A stretch of DNA of 64,000 bases from an uncultured Candidatus Saccharibacteria bacterium (GCA_964534465.1 CAZHOB010000001.1:33870-97869), one strand, 5' to 3'; numbered from the stretch's first letter, positions 31,712 through 43,068 are shown. A program made the numbers and translations. The notes: a model not told the origin generated them from the letters alone.

Positions 31712-32161
31712 TTAGGCCGATCTCTGGCGCATGACCTTTTCCGCGGCAAGCATGGCTGCGCGCGCGATCTCTTTCTCACTCTCCTTGATGGTCAAACGTT
31801 TGGCTTCTTCGGCGCGATCGGCTGCGTCTTTGAGCGTCGCGGCTGCGCGAGCTTCCGCGGCTTTGACCATCTCCGCGGCACTCTCCGATGCGCGGTGGCG
31901 AGCTGAAGCGACGAGCCCTTCGGCCTCGCGGGCAGCTGCGCCTACCATTTCTTGGCTTTTCTCTTTTGCCTCGGCGAGTTTGCCTTCGGCAGCTTCCGCC
32001 ACGCGCACGCCTTCGGCGATCTTCTTTTGTCGTTCGTCGATGATACGAAGTATCGGCTTGTACAGGAAGTATGAAAGGACTATCAGCAACGCGCCGAAAT
32101 TGAACGCCTGTATGAGCAGGAGTTTCCAATTAACGCCGAAGACTGCGAAGAGATCGCTCAT
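31712..32161 (-). CDS. atpF: Fo ATP synthase b subunit
   Basis: N-terminal TM helix plus a long A/E/K-rich helix. Confidence 0.75.
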   Translation of the reverse strand: MSDLFAVFGVNWKLLLIQAFNFGALLIVLSYFLYKPILRIIDERQKKIAEGVRVAEAAEGKLAEAKEKSQEMVGAAAREAEGLVASARHRASESAAEMVKAAEARAAATLKDAADRAEEAKRLTIKESEKEIARAAMLAAEKVMRQRSA

Positions 32162-32182
32162 AAATAACGCTAGAATTCACCC

Positions 32183-32428
<246 letters not shown>

Positions 32429-32478
32429 TTAGTAATGTTGCTTTCGACCGAACTATCCTATCACAAAACGGCTCAGCT

Positions 32479-33222
32479 TCAATGTGCTTCCTCGTGTTCT
32501 GTGATTGCCAGTTTGATATAGAACAACGCGAGAAGCATAAAAATAGCCGCCTGCAGGAAGCCGATGAAAAGCTCGAACATCATGAGCGGCACCGGCCCAA
32601 AATACGGCGCGAAGTACGTGGCTACGATAATAAGCACTTCGCCGGCCAAAATGTTGCCAAAAAGACGAAAGCTTAGCGATATGAGTCGCACGAACTCGCC
32701 TATCAGTTCCACCACCCCGACCGCGCCGCCGATAAATGAGTGTACGTTGATGAACTTTTTGGAATATTTGACCGCGCCGAGCATGGAGATGCCCGTGATC
32801 TCCACGACGGCAAAAACGATGATCGCCAAAGCCTCGGTTACATTGAGATCGGTATTGACGCTGCGCAAGAGCGGCGAGAATTCCTCGCCCCTGAACCACC
32901 CCACCGAGCCGATACCCGGCGTGAATTCGAGAAGATTGGCCGTGAATATAAAAAGGAAGATGGTGATGAGGAATGGAAAGTACCGACGCGCGAGCGCCTT
33001 GCTTTCAAGCACCTCTCCCACATAGTCGTACACGTATTCAAAAGCCCACTCGAGCGTCGCCTGGAATTTGGACGGGATGAGCGTAATGCGGCGATTGACG
33101 AGGATGGCGACAAGGATGAGCACGGCCATCACGACCCAGCTCGTGATGAGCGTGTTGGTGATGGGTATGCCCGCGAATGTCGTAATGAGGTCGGGCTTGA
33201 GCTCCACATGAATGCCGTTCAT
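32479..33222 (-). CDS. atpB: Fo ATP synthase a subunit
   Basis: SLSFRLFGNILAGE motif. Confidence 0.85.
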   Translation of the reverse strand: MNGIHVELKPDLITTFAGIPITNTLITSWVVMAVLILVAILVNRRITLIPSKFQATLEWAFEYVYDYVGEVLESKALARRYFPFLITIFLFIFTANLLEFTPGIGSVGWFRGEEFSPLLRSVNTDLNVTEALAIIVFAVVEITGISMLGAVKYSKKFINVHSFIGGAVGVVELIGEFVRLISLSFRLFGNILAGEVLIIVATYFAPYFGPVPLMMFELFIGFLQAAIFMLLALFYIKLAITEHEEAH

Positions 33223-33289
33223 TGCGGGCTATACTAGCATATTTTAAGCGTAAAAAAGAGAGGGTCGGCCAGAAAAGGCCGACCTAAAA

Positions 33290-33871
33290 TCAGATACCGT
33301 ATACCCAATATCCCAAAATGGGGTACCGAGAAAAGCCCATCGTACCGGCAGTGCCGTCGAGCCAAAGTTCCATATTCGCGCGGATCTCGAGCCGCTTATC
33401 CTTGCGAAAGTCGCGGAAATGCTTGGGCAGCTTTGGCCGCCAATATTCCCACTTCCGCCGCGCGAACGGGATGGTGATGCGCGTGCACCAATCGCTCTTT
33501 TTTGCATAACGGATGAGCGCACCGACCAAAAGTTCGCTCCAGCGCATCCTCTGATCGTGAAGGTCCATGGTTTCTGTCGCATGCACCCTCTTGATGTGGA
33601 TCGAGTCCGTCGAGACTTCCATCTGCACAAAAGCTATCGGACGGTTGAGATGAAGCAGAACGAGCTCGTCATTGCGGAACGCCAGTGTGTAATCCTTGAA
33701 GAGCACGGCGTGGTCGTGGAGACTGATAGGATGTCTCGCATACGCACTTGCGGCTTCGCGGAACCTCTCGCCCGCATACTTTTCTGAAAACGCTGACTTG
33801 ATGCGACTCATGCGCTCGTCGAGCTCCGCGCTCTTTGCGAGCGCATATGCGACTCCTAACGTTCCGGGCAC
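33290..33871 (-). CDS. Hypothetical protein upstream of atpB
   Basis: 193 aa with no recognised motif. Confidence 0.4.
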   Translation of the reverse strand: MPGTLGVAYALAKSAELDERMSRIKSAFSEKYAGERFREAASAYARHPISLHDHAVLFKDYTLAFRNDELVLLHLNRPIAFVQMEVSTDSIHIKRVHATETMDLHDQRMRWSELLVGALIRYAKKSDWCTRITIPFARRKWEYWRPKLPKHFRDFRKDKRLEIRANMELWLDGTAGTMGFSRYPILGYWVYGI

Positions 33872-33932
33872 GGGTGTATCCTTTCCCTAGTTGCTTATTC
33901 CACTGTGCCATAGCGGCACCGACATGCAAGTC

Positions 33933-34060
33933 TAGAGTTTGCTGAAAATCGATGAGATGCAAGGCGCGGGAAAGCTGCGATTCGAGCAGTACAAAAGTAC
34001 TGTGAGAAGCGCAAAAAGGGCTCCCGCAACGCAGCAGCTCGCGATTTTCAGCAAACTCTA
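33933..34060. repeat. 19-bp perfect inverted repeat pair flanking a 90-nt spacer
   Basis: TAGAGTTTGCTGAAAATCG (33933-33951) and CGATTTTCAGCAAACTCTA (34042-34060); the spacer contains the nested palindrome CAGTACAAAAGTACTG. Confidence 0.8.
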
Positions 34061-34669
34061 CTGCAGGGGCGGTAGGAGCACGCTGTTGATGAGATATACG
34101 ATGCCGTTGCTGGCTTTGTAAGTCTTGATGATAGCGGCTGAATTGATACGCACGCTTTGATCCGCAAGCACCTGGAAATTGATGGGGTCTTTGGAGAGTG
34201 CCGTAACGCTACCTGCGACGATGGCATCAGGATCAACGGCACGACCGATGACCACGTGGTATTCCACCATGCGCTTACGCTGTGCGGCCGTCATGTTTGC
34301 GGTGGCTCCCCAGCCGTATGCGGTATTGATGGGAATGAATATGGTGAATGGACCTTTGCCCGTGATGAGCGATGATACGCCGGTGGACGAAAGCAATCCT
34401 GCGAACTTCGAGGCCGAAGAGAGGCTTTCTGCCGTAGAGACGACGCCGGAGGACGTCTTAACCTCGGGCGCGGTCGTTACTTTGGTGGGAAGGGATACAG
34501 AAGTGATCTTGGTCGTCGTTTTTGCCGGCGTGGTGGGTGTGGTTCCTTCAGTAGCTGGCGCTGGTGCGGGCTGCCATGCCGCGAGGAACCAAATGACAAT
34601 GATGACCACAACTGCAAAGCCGATGAGGCCGATAGGGAGCGCGGAGCTTTTACCGTGCATGCGATTCAT
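34058..34669 (-). CDS. Fasciclin (FAS1) domain protein with a membrane anchor and T/P-rich linker
   Basis: GPFTIFIPINTAY ... NGIVYLINSVLLPP FAS1 motifs. Confidence 0.7.
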   Translation of the reverse strand: MNRMHGKSSALPIGLIGFAVVVIIVIWFLAAWQPAPAPATEGTTPTTPAKTTTKITSVSLPTKVTTAPEVKTSSGVVSTAESLSSASKFAGLLSSTGVSSLITGKGPFTIFIPINTAYGWGATANMTAAQRKRMVEYHVVIGRAVDPDAIVAGSVTALSKDPINFQVLADQSVRINSAAIIKTYKASNGIVYLINSVLLPPLQ

Positions 34670-34726
34670 GAGAAGTTATCATCATTGTGCTGCCTCCAGA
34701 TTGGAGCGCAAACGAGTTATACACAC

Positions 34727-35590
34727 CTAGAGAATTCGGTCTTTGATGAGCCTCGCCACATCCTTTTCCTTGCCCTTGAAACTATGCTTCACCCTCTCGA
34801 CGATATGTACGTAGTGCGGGGCATTAATGTGGGCATCAAACCACGCCGCGATCTCTTTGACGGGTCTGTCGGCGTACTGGTCTTTGCCCGCCCAGACGAC
34901 CGTGGTCGGAATTTTTATAGATGAGAGGATTTTCGCTCGCTTGCCCGCTTGTTCGTATGGGAACAACGTTTCTACGCTGTCGTGTGTATAGAGGCTCAAA
35001 AAACGTTGTGCGTCGTTGACTGACCACGGCGTAAGGAATTTTTGCGGCATGAGTTCATGCCCGTGCCCACTTTTGACGAGCTTGCGCGCATGCGCAACGG
35101 CTTTCGCTAGAATGCCTTTTTTGTCTGTTTTGAGCGCAGCAGAATAGTCGCTGACCGGAGCAAGGAGAATGAGCCCGTTCACGAACGGCTGTTTGCGGAA
35201 CTTGTGCGCGTACCAAACGGCCTTTTGGCAGCCGGTGGAATGACCTGCGATGTATATCTCCTTTGCGCCCCGCTTCTTGGCAAAAAGGACCGCGCCGCGG
35301 AGGTCGTCGGCGGAATCGCTGAATACCTCGTGCGCTCCGCCCGCGAGAACCGCGCGTTTGCCGCTCAAGACCTTGGTCACGATATCATGGCCGCGATTGT
35401 TAAACGTGAGCACCGCCGTATCATTGCCTATCAAATACTGCGGTAATTCCCTGCTCACGCTGTTGAACATCGTGGAGCAGAGCCCGTGCACAACGATAAC
35501 GGCTCGCTTCGGTTTTCGCGGGCCATACCAAAGTCCATAGAGCACCACCTTCTTCGGCGTAACTATCTCCGCGAGATGAGTTGAACGCAT
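34727..35590 (-). CDS. Alpha/beta hydrolase
   Basis: AVIVVHGLCS ... IYIAGHSTGC nucleophile elbow. Confidence 0.7.
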   Translation of the reverse strand: MRSTHLAEIVTPKKVVLYGLWYGPRKPKRAVIVVHGLCSTMFNSVSRELPQYLIGNDTAVLTFNNRGHDIVTKVLSGKRAVLAGGAHEVFSDSADDLRGAVLFAKKRGAKEIYIAGHSTGCQKAVWYAHKFRKQPFVNGLILLAPVSDYSAALKTDKKGILAKAVAHARKLVKSGHGHELMPQKFLTPWSVNDAQRFLSLYTHDSVETLFPYEQAGKRAKILSSIKIPTTVVWAGKDQYADRPVKEIAAWFDAHINAPHYVHIVERVKHSFKGKEKDVARLIKDRIL

Positions 35591-35647
35591 AGTCAGATAG
35601 TACTATTGTTCGGCAAAAAGAACATGTTCGACCTCGAAGGTCGACCA

Positions 35648-36253
35648 TTATTTATTGATAGCAAGCTCGGCGGTATCGCGACCGAGCGCGAGCTGCAGCT
35701 CCTTTTGCGTCTTCGGCATATGGTCGAGATCAATATGACCTACGACCCGGATTTTTACGTTGTTGCACCAGCCGATCGCTACGGCGGCATTGAGCGTGTA
35801 TTTGCCAAATGTGACGCGCTGCTTGCGGCCAAACTGGATATCGACATGCTTTTTATGACGCGCAGCCATCGTGTCGGTGATAACACGGTATTGGATGTAG
35901 TCCTCCACGGCCGGCAGTTCACACCCTCCCGTTGCGTACTCCGCTGCTCCGGGTGAGAGCTCAATGACCGTGCCGTAAGGCAAGTGGCCGGCAATAAGAT
36001 CGCGAGAGGCGGCAGCTCCTACTTCCGGGTTTACCGGGAGGCCGATGGAGGTAATGTGGGGGGTATCGTCGGTCTGTTCCGGCACATCGTTATAGCCCGT
36101 CATGGAAACGGTGTAAGTCGGATATGTGGGCTCCTCAATAACGGGTGCTTGTTCCTTTGCCCAGTCCGAAGTAGGTACGGTGGACGTGGCGGCATTGGCC
36201 AAAAGAAACAGCCCCATAAGGGCCGTACTAATACTTGGTGTCATTTGATGCAA
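35648..36253 (-). CDS. Secreted hypothetical protein (possible 3D/RlpA-like domain)
   Basis: Signal peptide followed by a beta-rich C-terminal domain; the family assignment is weak. Confidence 0.4.
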   Translation of the reverse strand: MHQMTPSISTALMGLFLLANAATSTVPTSDWAKEQAPVIEEPTYPTYTVSMTGYNDVPEQTDDTPHITSIGLPVNPEVGAAASRDLIAGHLPYGTVIELSPGAAEYATGGCELPAVEDYIQYRVITDTMAARHKKHVDIQFGRKQRVTFGKYTLNAAVAIGWCNNVKIRVVGHIDLDHMPKTQKELQLALGRDTAELAINK

Positions 36254-36377
36254 GTCAGTTGTCCTTGCACTGATAATACTAGCAAATTTGCACTACTGTG
36301 TCAAGCAATTTTATGGCTCTATTGAGCCATAAAATGGTAATAGATATGAATGGCTCTGTATTCTTATGTCCCCTCTC

Positions 36378-36416
36378 CCGACGCATTAGGTCGGGACCCC
36401 GACCTAATGCGTCGGG
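36378..36416. repeat. Palindromic element, copy A (18-bp perfect arms), flanked by 13-bp direct repeats at 36365-36377 and 36428-36440
   Basis: CCCGACGCATTAGGTCGG-GACC-CCGACCTAATGCGTCGGG. The flanks TTATGTCCCCTCT duplicate the last codons plus stop of ahcY. Confidence 0.8.
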
Positions 36417-36427
36417 GCTGCCTTGGA

Positions 36428-37693
<1,266 letters not shown>

Positions 37694-37704
37694 TTACCAC
37701 AATA

Positions 37705-37742
37705 ATTAAAAAGAATCAGCCGCCCCGAGCATACGGGGCGGC
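37705..37742 (-). terminator. Rho-independent terminator (GCCGCCCCG-hairpin followed by TGATTCTTTTT on the minus strand)
   Basis: 9-bp GC stem followed by a T-tract, directly downstream of the gene at 37750-38379. Confidence 0.65.
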
Positions 37743-37749
37743 TGCATTG

Positions 37750-38379
37750 TCATTTCGGGTACAACCCTGCCGGATCGCAATCGCTGAGCGTGCCGTCGAG
37801 GCGAAACCAGCGCATCGCGAGTGTATCTCCGCCGCCGTTGTCGCCCTCACCATAGAGATATTGCACGTGATACATACTCTCTGTATCACGGAACAACGTT
37901 CTCCACAGAAAAAGACTGTTGGCGCCGAATACTTCGCGGAAGACGGCGGCTCCCAGCTTTTGAATGGCGACGCCGTCCGCGGTCGAAAGACAGTACTGCA
38001 GCTTGTCCTTTTCGATGAGCTGCTCATGTATATAACGAGCGCTCACGTCCCTTCCCAGCTTTTGACCGGGTGCACGCCACAAGCGTACTTTTGCGAGGTC
38101 GTAGCGAGCAGGGCGATCGGGCGCGCAATGATGATGCTCCGAACACATCACCCATGAAGGAGGGCGGGGAGGCAGGACATTTCGAGTATCCACTATGCGT
38201 TCTGCGGGCGGCGGCCGTTCGCTGACAACGAGTTCCCCGCGCTTGACGCGAAGAAGTTTCGCGAACGTATTGCCCTCGCAGGCCTCATCGACGTCCTTGT
38301 GCGTCCAGCCCCCTCGGGCCAAGGCATTGTCTACCTTGCCCCAGAGTCCAAAACCGGCACCGAGCGTAAATTCGCTCAT
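37750..38379 (-). CDS. Hypothetical protein
   Basis: 209 aa with no recognised motif. Confidence 0.4.
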   Translation of the reverse strand: MSEFTLGAGFGLWGKVDNALARGGWTHKDVDEACEGNTFAKLLRVKRGELVVSERPPPAERIVDTRNVLPPRPPSWVMCSEHHHCAPDRPARYDLAKVRLWRAPGQKLGRDVSARYIHEQLIEKDKLQYCLSTADGVAIQKLGAAVFREVFGANSLFLWRTLFRDTESMYHVQYLYGEGDNGGGDTLAMRWFRLDGTLSDCDPAGLYPK

Positions 38380-38484
38380 AGCGAATCTCCTTTTTGACAG
38401 ATCGTCCGGATAGAACGACAGTCATCACCAGAGGGCTCCTTCGGAATGAAGGCTACCGTGGTCTGCGCATGTTGTACCACAAAT

Positions 38485-38521
38485 ATCAAAAAGAATCAGC
38501 CGCCGCGTCAGACGCGGCGGC
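38485..38521 (-). terminator. Rho-independent terminator (GCCGCCGCGTC-hairpin followed by TGATTCTTTTT on the minus strand)
   Basis: Same tail as the terminator at 37705-37742; downstream of the small gene ending at 38528. Confidence 0.6.
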
Positions 38522-38527
38522 CGTCAA

Positions 38528-38794
38528 CTACTCTTTCGTAATGACCTTGAGGTCTCCATATCGCTTGATGGCACGGGATATTGTTCGCCGCGCCAGTTTG
38601 CCATGCATCGGACGGTCATAATCGGAGTCCTTTACGCGGCTCATGTCGTCCGCAAAGTCACCGCACGGCCTATCGCCGAACACCGCGATGGCGTGGTAGA
38701 ACTCGGGGTCGGCATAGACCTTGAGCCCTTCGAGGAGAATGCCGCAGAGTCGCTGATACCGCTCCAGTGTCCTGTCGCGCTTTTGTTTCGACAC
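38528..38794 (-). CDS. Small hypothetical protein (GTG start)
   Basis: 88-aa C-terminal portion of the 193-aa ORF; GTG preceded by AAAGGGA; the upstream part of that ORF is covered by a better-supported out-of-frame secreted-protein gene. Confidence 0.3.
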   Translation of the reverse strand: MSKQKRDRTLERYQRLCGILLEGLKVYADPEFYHAIAVFGDRPCGDFADDMSRVKDSDYDRPMHGKLARRTISRAIKRYGDLKVITKE

Positions 38795-38808
38795 GCTAAT
38801 TCCCTTTC

Positions 38809-39207
38809 TTACTTTTCGCTTTCGTTGTCGCTGTCTTCGCGGAAGAGCGGGTGGCACATCAGTGCCTTTGGCGCTGGCCCCCAGCGCTTCGCCATCCAGT
38901 CCTGTTTTTCGGCTTCGCTCATTTTCTCCCAGCCACCGGATTCGTATAATGGGATGAATTCCGCGTCGTGCAACGCTCCGCGCGCCCGCGCCACCTCCAT
39001 CTCCCTCTCCTTGCGTGCGCAACCTTGCAGGATCTCGAGTGCACGCAGGTCTTCGTGGAGTGTAAAGTAACTGACCGACAGATCCAAAAGGCACCCGTGC
39101 GTCGTACACTGCGCGACCCGCGCCTTGAACGCCTCTTCGTCCGTTTCGGCGTATGCCAAAGATGTGGCTAGAAGCATAGCTGCAATGGCTGCGAACACTC
39201 GCCTCAT
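38809..39207 (-). CDS. Small secreted Cys-containing hypothetical protein
   Basis: Strong SD (AGGAGG) 6 nt upstream and signal peptide MRRVFAAIAAMLLATSLAYA. Confidence 0.5.
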   Translation of the reverse strand: MRRVFAAIAAMLLATSLAYAETDEEAFKARVAQCTTHGCLLDLSVSYFTLHEDLRALEILQGCARKEREMEVARARGALHDAEFIPLYESGGWEKMSEAEKQDWMAKRWGPAPKALMCHPLFREDSDNESEK

Positions 39208-39369
39208 GGCATCCTCCTGTGTTGTATGCTCTGGTGCTACCCTACTACAATCGGTTACAACTTCAAATCCTCGTTGTTCGATTTTATGTGACGCGCCTCG
39301 GTTTCCCCGAAAGATTGCCAAAGACGCATTTCTCTGGTTAAATCGGGCTCGGCAATAGAGGAGATACCG

Positions 39370-40299
39370 ATGCGAAAAGCGTGGAAGCTGCTACTTATCC
39401 CTGTCTTGTTTCCACTGTGGCTTTGCTTCTCGCGAGCGATATGCTACGTGGGCTTCAAGTTCATGCGCAACAGACGTGGCGCGCTCGAGCTGCCGGTCGT
39501 CTACTTCGAGAACGACGCGGGCAGATCGATCATCGTGATCAATGTCATCCACTTTGCGGACGCGCAGTATTACGCGACGCTGCAGAAGCTCATCGACTCG
39601 CTTGAGGGCTACGCAGTGCTCTTTGAGGGCACGGGCACACTGACACCCGAGCAGAAGGAATCGCTTTCGCCAAGCGAAAAGGTCGTCTCGGGGGAATTCG
39701 ACAAGCTCTTCGAGGTGCTGAAGGTCTTGAGTGGCATTCTCGAACTGAAGGGTCAGAAGGAGGGGCTGACATACCCGAGCACGTGGGTGCGCACCGACAT
39801 GCCTATACGCGAGCTCATACGGCGATTTGCCGCGGAAGACCTGCACATCGTGTCGAACGATATGCCAAGCATCACGAAGCTTCTGAATTCCGAAGGCGAT
39901 CGCAAAATCGTTCGCTGGTTCGTCAACAGGATGTTCGCGAAGTTTCCCGCGCACGCCGTTCTTCTCGGAGCATTCGCTCTCTTTTCCAAAAAGAAACGGG
40001 CGATGAAGCGGATCATCCTCGACGAGCGCAATACATTCGCGTTCGAGGGTATCCAGGAACAGAGCGGCAACGTTGTCACTATCTGGGGTGCGGCTCATTT
40101 CCGCGGCATCGAAAAGCACCTCAAGAGGGCCGGCTTCAGGGCGATACGCAAGGATTGGTATCCTGCGTATCGCGTTCGCAAGTACGGCATCCTTGGTGAA
40201 CTGCAAAGCATCGGCAAAGAGCTCAAACAGCGGCGTGAGCTTGAGGCAGTCCTCAAGCAGCTCAAAGAGCGCGGCGCACTGAAAGACGACATCGAGTGA
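39370..40299 (+). CDS. TraB/GumN (Tiki-like) family protein
   Basis: N-terminal TM segment plus VINVIHFADAQYY ... VVTIWGAAHFRGI motifs; SD GAGGAG. Confidence 0.5.
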   Translation: MRKAWKLLLIPVLFPLWLCFSRAICYVGFKFMRNRRGALELPVVYFENDAGRSIIVINVIHFADAQYYATLQKLIDSLEGYAVLFEGTGTLTPEQKESLSPSEKVVSGEFDKLFEVLKVLSGILELKGQKEGLTYPSTWVRTDMPIRELIRRFAAEDLHIVSNDMPSITKLLNSEGDRKIVRWFVNRMFAKFPAHAVLLGAFALFSKKKRAMKRIILDERNTFAFEGIQEQSGNVVTIWGAAHFRGIEKHLKRAGFRAIRKDWYPAYRVRKYGILGELQSIGKELKQRRELEAVLKQLKERGALKDDIE

Positions 40300-40332
40300 C
40301 GCAAAAGCCCCGGCGCAGGTCGGGGCTTTTTT

Positions 40333-41271
40333 CTATAATTTCAGATCCTCGTTGTACGACTTCTTGTATCGCTCCTTGACCTGATCCATTGTGAATTTGT
40401 GGTTTTGGGTGCCGTAGACCTCTACACAGTACGAGGCGATGACACTGCCGAGCTTGGCGCATCTATCATTGGGAAATCCGGCGAGCAAACCTTTCATATA
40501 ACCTGCGCGGAAGGAATCGCCCGCGCCGGTGGGATCGACAACCTTTTCCGCGAATGCCGCCGGCACGGTGACTTGCCCATCCTTGGTGCGCACGCGCGAA
40601 CCTTGCGCGCCAAATGTGACTACGAGCGTCGGCACATGTTCCATGATGGCGTCCTCTGTCCATCCGGTCTTTTGGGCGATGAGCCCTATCTCATAATCAG
40701 AAGCAAAAAGTATCTCCGCGCCGGAGATGCCGTCTTTGAGAGCATCGGGGCTGAGCGCGACGGTCTGTTGGCCGGGGTCGAAGAAATATTTAAAATTGCT
40801 GCGACGATATTGCTTGGGCAATTCGGTCATGTCCTCTATGCAGCCGGGGCCGACGATGGCGAATGCCTTGCCCTCCGTCATGACCGGCGTGTCATACGGC
40901 AAAGCGCCCGCGCCCGCATGGAATGCGGCGATCTGATTGTCGCCCTTGTCGGTGAACACATACGCCGAAGAGGTCATCACGCCTTCGAGTTGGCGGATAG
41001 TGGTGGCTTCGATACCGGCAAGCAGCAGGTGTGATTTGTACGAACCGAAATCCTGACCCGCGGTCGCCACTATCTCGGGCCGCTCGCCGATGAGCGCGAG
41101 ATTGTACGCGATGTTGCCGGCGGTACCACCGAATTCGACGGACAATTTATCCACCTGAAAGCTGAGATTGATGCTGTGCGTTTTTTCGGGAAGAATGTGT
41201 TCGGCAAAAAGACCTGCGTAGTCCATGATGCGGTCGTATGCGAGCGAACCGGAGACGATGATGCGCGACAT
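40333..41271 (-). CDS. PfkB-family carbohydrate/nucleoside kinase (ribokinase/adenosine kinase-like)
   Basis: FGGTAGNIAYNLALIG ... DPTGAGDSFRAGYMKGLLAG. Confidence 0.8.
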   Translation of the reverse strand: MSRIIVSGSLAYDRIMDYAGLFAEHILPEKTHSINLSFQVDKLSVEFGGTAGNIAYNLALIGERPEIVATAGQDFGSYKSHLLLAGIEATTIRQLEGVMTSSAYVFTDKGDNQIAAFHAGAGALPYDTPVMTEGKAFAIVGPGCIEDMTELPKQYRRSNFKYFFDPGQQTVALSPDALKDGISGAEILFASDYEIGLIAQKTGWTEDAIMEHVPTLVVTFGAQGSRVRTKDGQVTVPAAFAEKVVDPTGAGDSFRAGYMKGLLAGFPNDRCAKLGSVIASYCVEVYGTQNHKFTMDQVKERYKKSYNEDLKL

Positions 41272-41292
41272 GTGGCTGCCATTGTATCACCT

Positions 41293-41871
41293 TTAATTGG
41301 GAGTCGAACAGCCGCCGAAGTTGAGCACGAATACATAATCATCACCGGCACCCGTCGGATATATTATCCCCGGCACCATCGTGGAATTGAGTCCGTTATT
41401 GAAAGTGCCCCACCCCTCCCAGATGCCGTTTTGCCCTGCCGACAGGACGACATCATATCGACATTGTTCCGCAGGATTTTGGCCTTCGTTCTCATCGAGC
41501 AAATAGGGCCTTTTCCATGGATCCATAGGCGATGAATTGAACCCGAGTGTCTGCCATGAGGCATTGAGTGAAGCGAGTGCGGCGATCTGTGAATTGACTG
41601 ACGCGGTCGTATTGAACGCGCACGCGCTGCAGCTGTTGCCGGTGAGCGCAAGCACCGTATTGGTGCGCGCGATATTGACGCTGCTCATGACGTTGTGCGC
41701 ATCCACCTTCATCCTCGCGAGCTGACCTCGCAGACGTGCCGTCTTGATAGCAAAAAGCATTATGCTCGCCATAAAACCGATGATGGAGATGACCACGAGA
41801 AGTTCTATGAGCGTGAATCCGCGCTGCGAATTTTTCATACGATATAGCAAATAATACACGGTCTTTGTCAT
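41293..41871 (-). CDS. Type IV pilin/pseudopilin with a prepilin leader
   Basis: MKNSQRG|FTLIELLVVISIIG N-methylation motif; ATGA overlap with the upstream membrane gene. The alternative start is 41838. Confidence 0.75.
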   Translation of the reverse strand: MTKTVYYLLYRMKNSQRGFTLIELLVVISIIGFMASIMLFAIKTARLRGQLARMKVDAHNVMSSVNIARTNTVLALTGNSCSACAFNTTASVNSQIAALASLNASWQTLGFNSSPMDPWKRPYLLDENEGQNPAEQCRYDVVLSAGQNGIWEGWGTFNNGLNSTMVPGIIYPTGAGDDYVFVLNFGGCSTPN

Positions 41872-42668
41872 TGAGCTCTTACCAGCCTCTCCTGCGCGCG
41901 GCGCAGTGAAAAATGCACGACGAGAATGATAACTGCGAGCACGCCAACTGCCCACGCGAACGTAGCGGGCTGATGCCACACCGTTACCAGATTTTGCTGC
42001 CAGTTGAGCGTCACCAAAAGCAGAAAGACAACCATGAGAGTTATTTTTACCGACGAATGCGTGGTGCGCAGATGCTTTACCCGCGCGGCGTACCACACGC
42101 CGAGCTGCACTGAAAAAATGTACACAACCGTAATACACAGCGGCAGAGCGGGCGTGCTCAAATGCGTGGCGACCCAATGTATCATCGGCGCGCCCACGCT
42201 TTTGGGCAATGCAAAAAGTACCGCTGTAAAAAGCGCGAACCACGACACCGTGCACACGGTCGCGACACCGGAAATATATGCGGCCACATACGTCTCCGTG
42301 GGCGGCAGCGCGAGCATGCCGGCCCTCGCCTCCTCATGCTTGCGCACGAGGTAAGCAAAAAGTGTCCCGAGCGTTCCTCCCACGCCGCCCGAAGCGAGAA
42401 TAAAAACCAGTGCCCATTGCGAGCCAAGAGACACATGCATCCAACTATCCAAACCAAAAGCAGCCACACCTGTCGCCACTACAAGCCCAACGAGCGCAAA
42501 AACCATCGAACGCAGCATCGAATTAGTATAACTGACCGCTGGTGACCCGACAGGTTGGCTTTCCGAACTCGTTACTGAGCACGAATACGTTACTCGAGGC
42601 ATTACCGATCTCACACAGATTCTCTTTGCATCTTGAAGTTGGTGTGTAGTTTCGTATTTTGAGGGCAC
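41868..42668 (-). CDS. Hypothetical polytopic membrane protein
   Basis: About 7 TM helices; start uncertain. Confidence 0.45.
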   Translation of the reverse strand: MPSKYETTHQLQDAKRICVRSVMPRVTYSCSVTSSESQPVGSPAVSYTNSMLRSMVFALVGLVVATGVAAFGLDSWMHVSLGSQWALVFILASGGVGGTLGTLFAYLVRKHEEARAGMLALPPTETYVAAYISGVATVCTVSWFALFTAVLFALPKSVGAPMIHWVATHLSTPALPLCITVVYIFSVQLGVWYAARVKHLRTTHSSVKITLMVVFLLLVTLNWQQNLVTVWHQPATFAWAVGVLAVIILVVHFSLRRAQERLVRAQ

Positions 42669-42710
42669 TGTGGTAATCTAGCGCCAGTTGTACAAGGAGG
42701 AGTTAGACGA

Positions 42711-43022
42711 ATGAAGGTCCTGTCATTGATGACGATGCTTGCGGCTCTACCGCTTTGCACTTGTCCGGTCTTGGGCCAGACCGAAAATGATTCTGTGATA
42801 AAGGGCTGTACATCAAAAGCCATGGCAGTTGATTTTGTCACCACGTACAATACTGCAGCTGCCAAAAGTTTCGCACGATCTGGCCTGCGGCCTATGCCGA
42901 CAAAGGAAGAAATGGATGAAATCATCGTGAAGGACCTCGAGGATATGTCACGCTACTATCGCATTGTTGACCGACTCGAGGACTGTCCCGGCGGGAAGTT
43001 CGTAGCCCCTCAAAAAAGGTAA
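42711..43022 (+). CDS. Small secreted hypothetical protein
   Basis: Strong SD (AAGGAGG) and signal peptide MKVLSLMTMLAALPLCTC. Confidence 0.5.
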   Translation: MKVLSLMTMLAALPLCTCPVLGQTENDSVIKGCTSKAMAVDFVTTYNTAAAKSFARSGLRPMPTKEEMDEIIVKDLEDMSRYYRIVDRLEDCPGGKFVAPQKR

Positions 43023-43038
43023 AGAAGTGTAATCACCG

Positions 43039-43068
43039 GCCCCACAGAAATGTGGGGCTGTCTTTTTT
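43039..43068 (+). terminator. Rho-independent terminator
   Basis: GCCCCACA-GAAA-TGTGGGGC followed by TGTCTTTTTT. Confidence 0.65.

Noticed and set aside
33939-34121. 60-aa plus-strand ORF inside the 19-bp inverted-repeat structure
   Set aside because: It has no RBS and its sequence is dictated by the palindromic DNA. It is treated as non-coding.
38795-39109. N-terminal part of the 193-aa minus-strand ORF (GEGDGGGAGARS...)
   Set aside because: It is low-complexity and overlaps, out of frame, a small secreted-protein gene with a strong SD and signal peptide. Only the C-terminal 88 aa was retained, as a low-confidence small gene.
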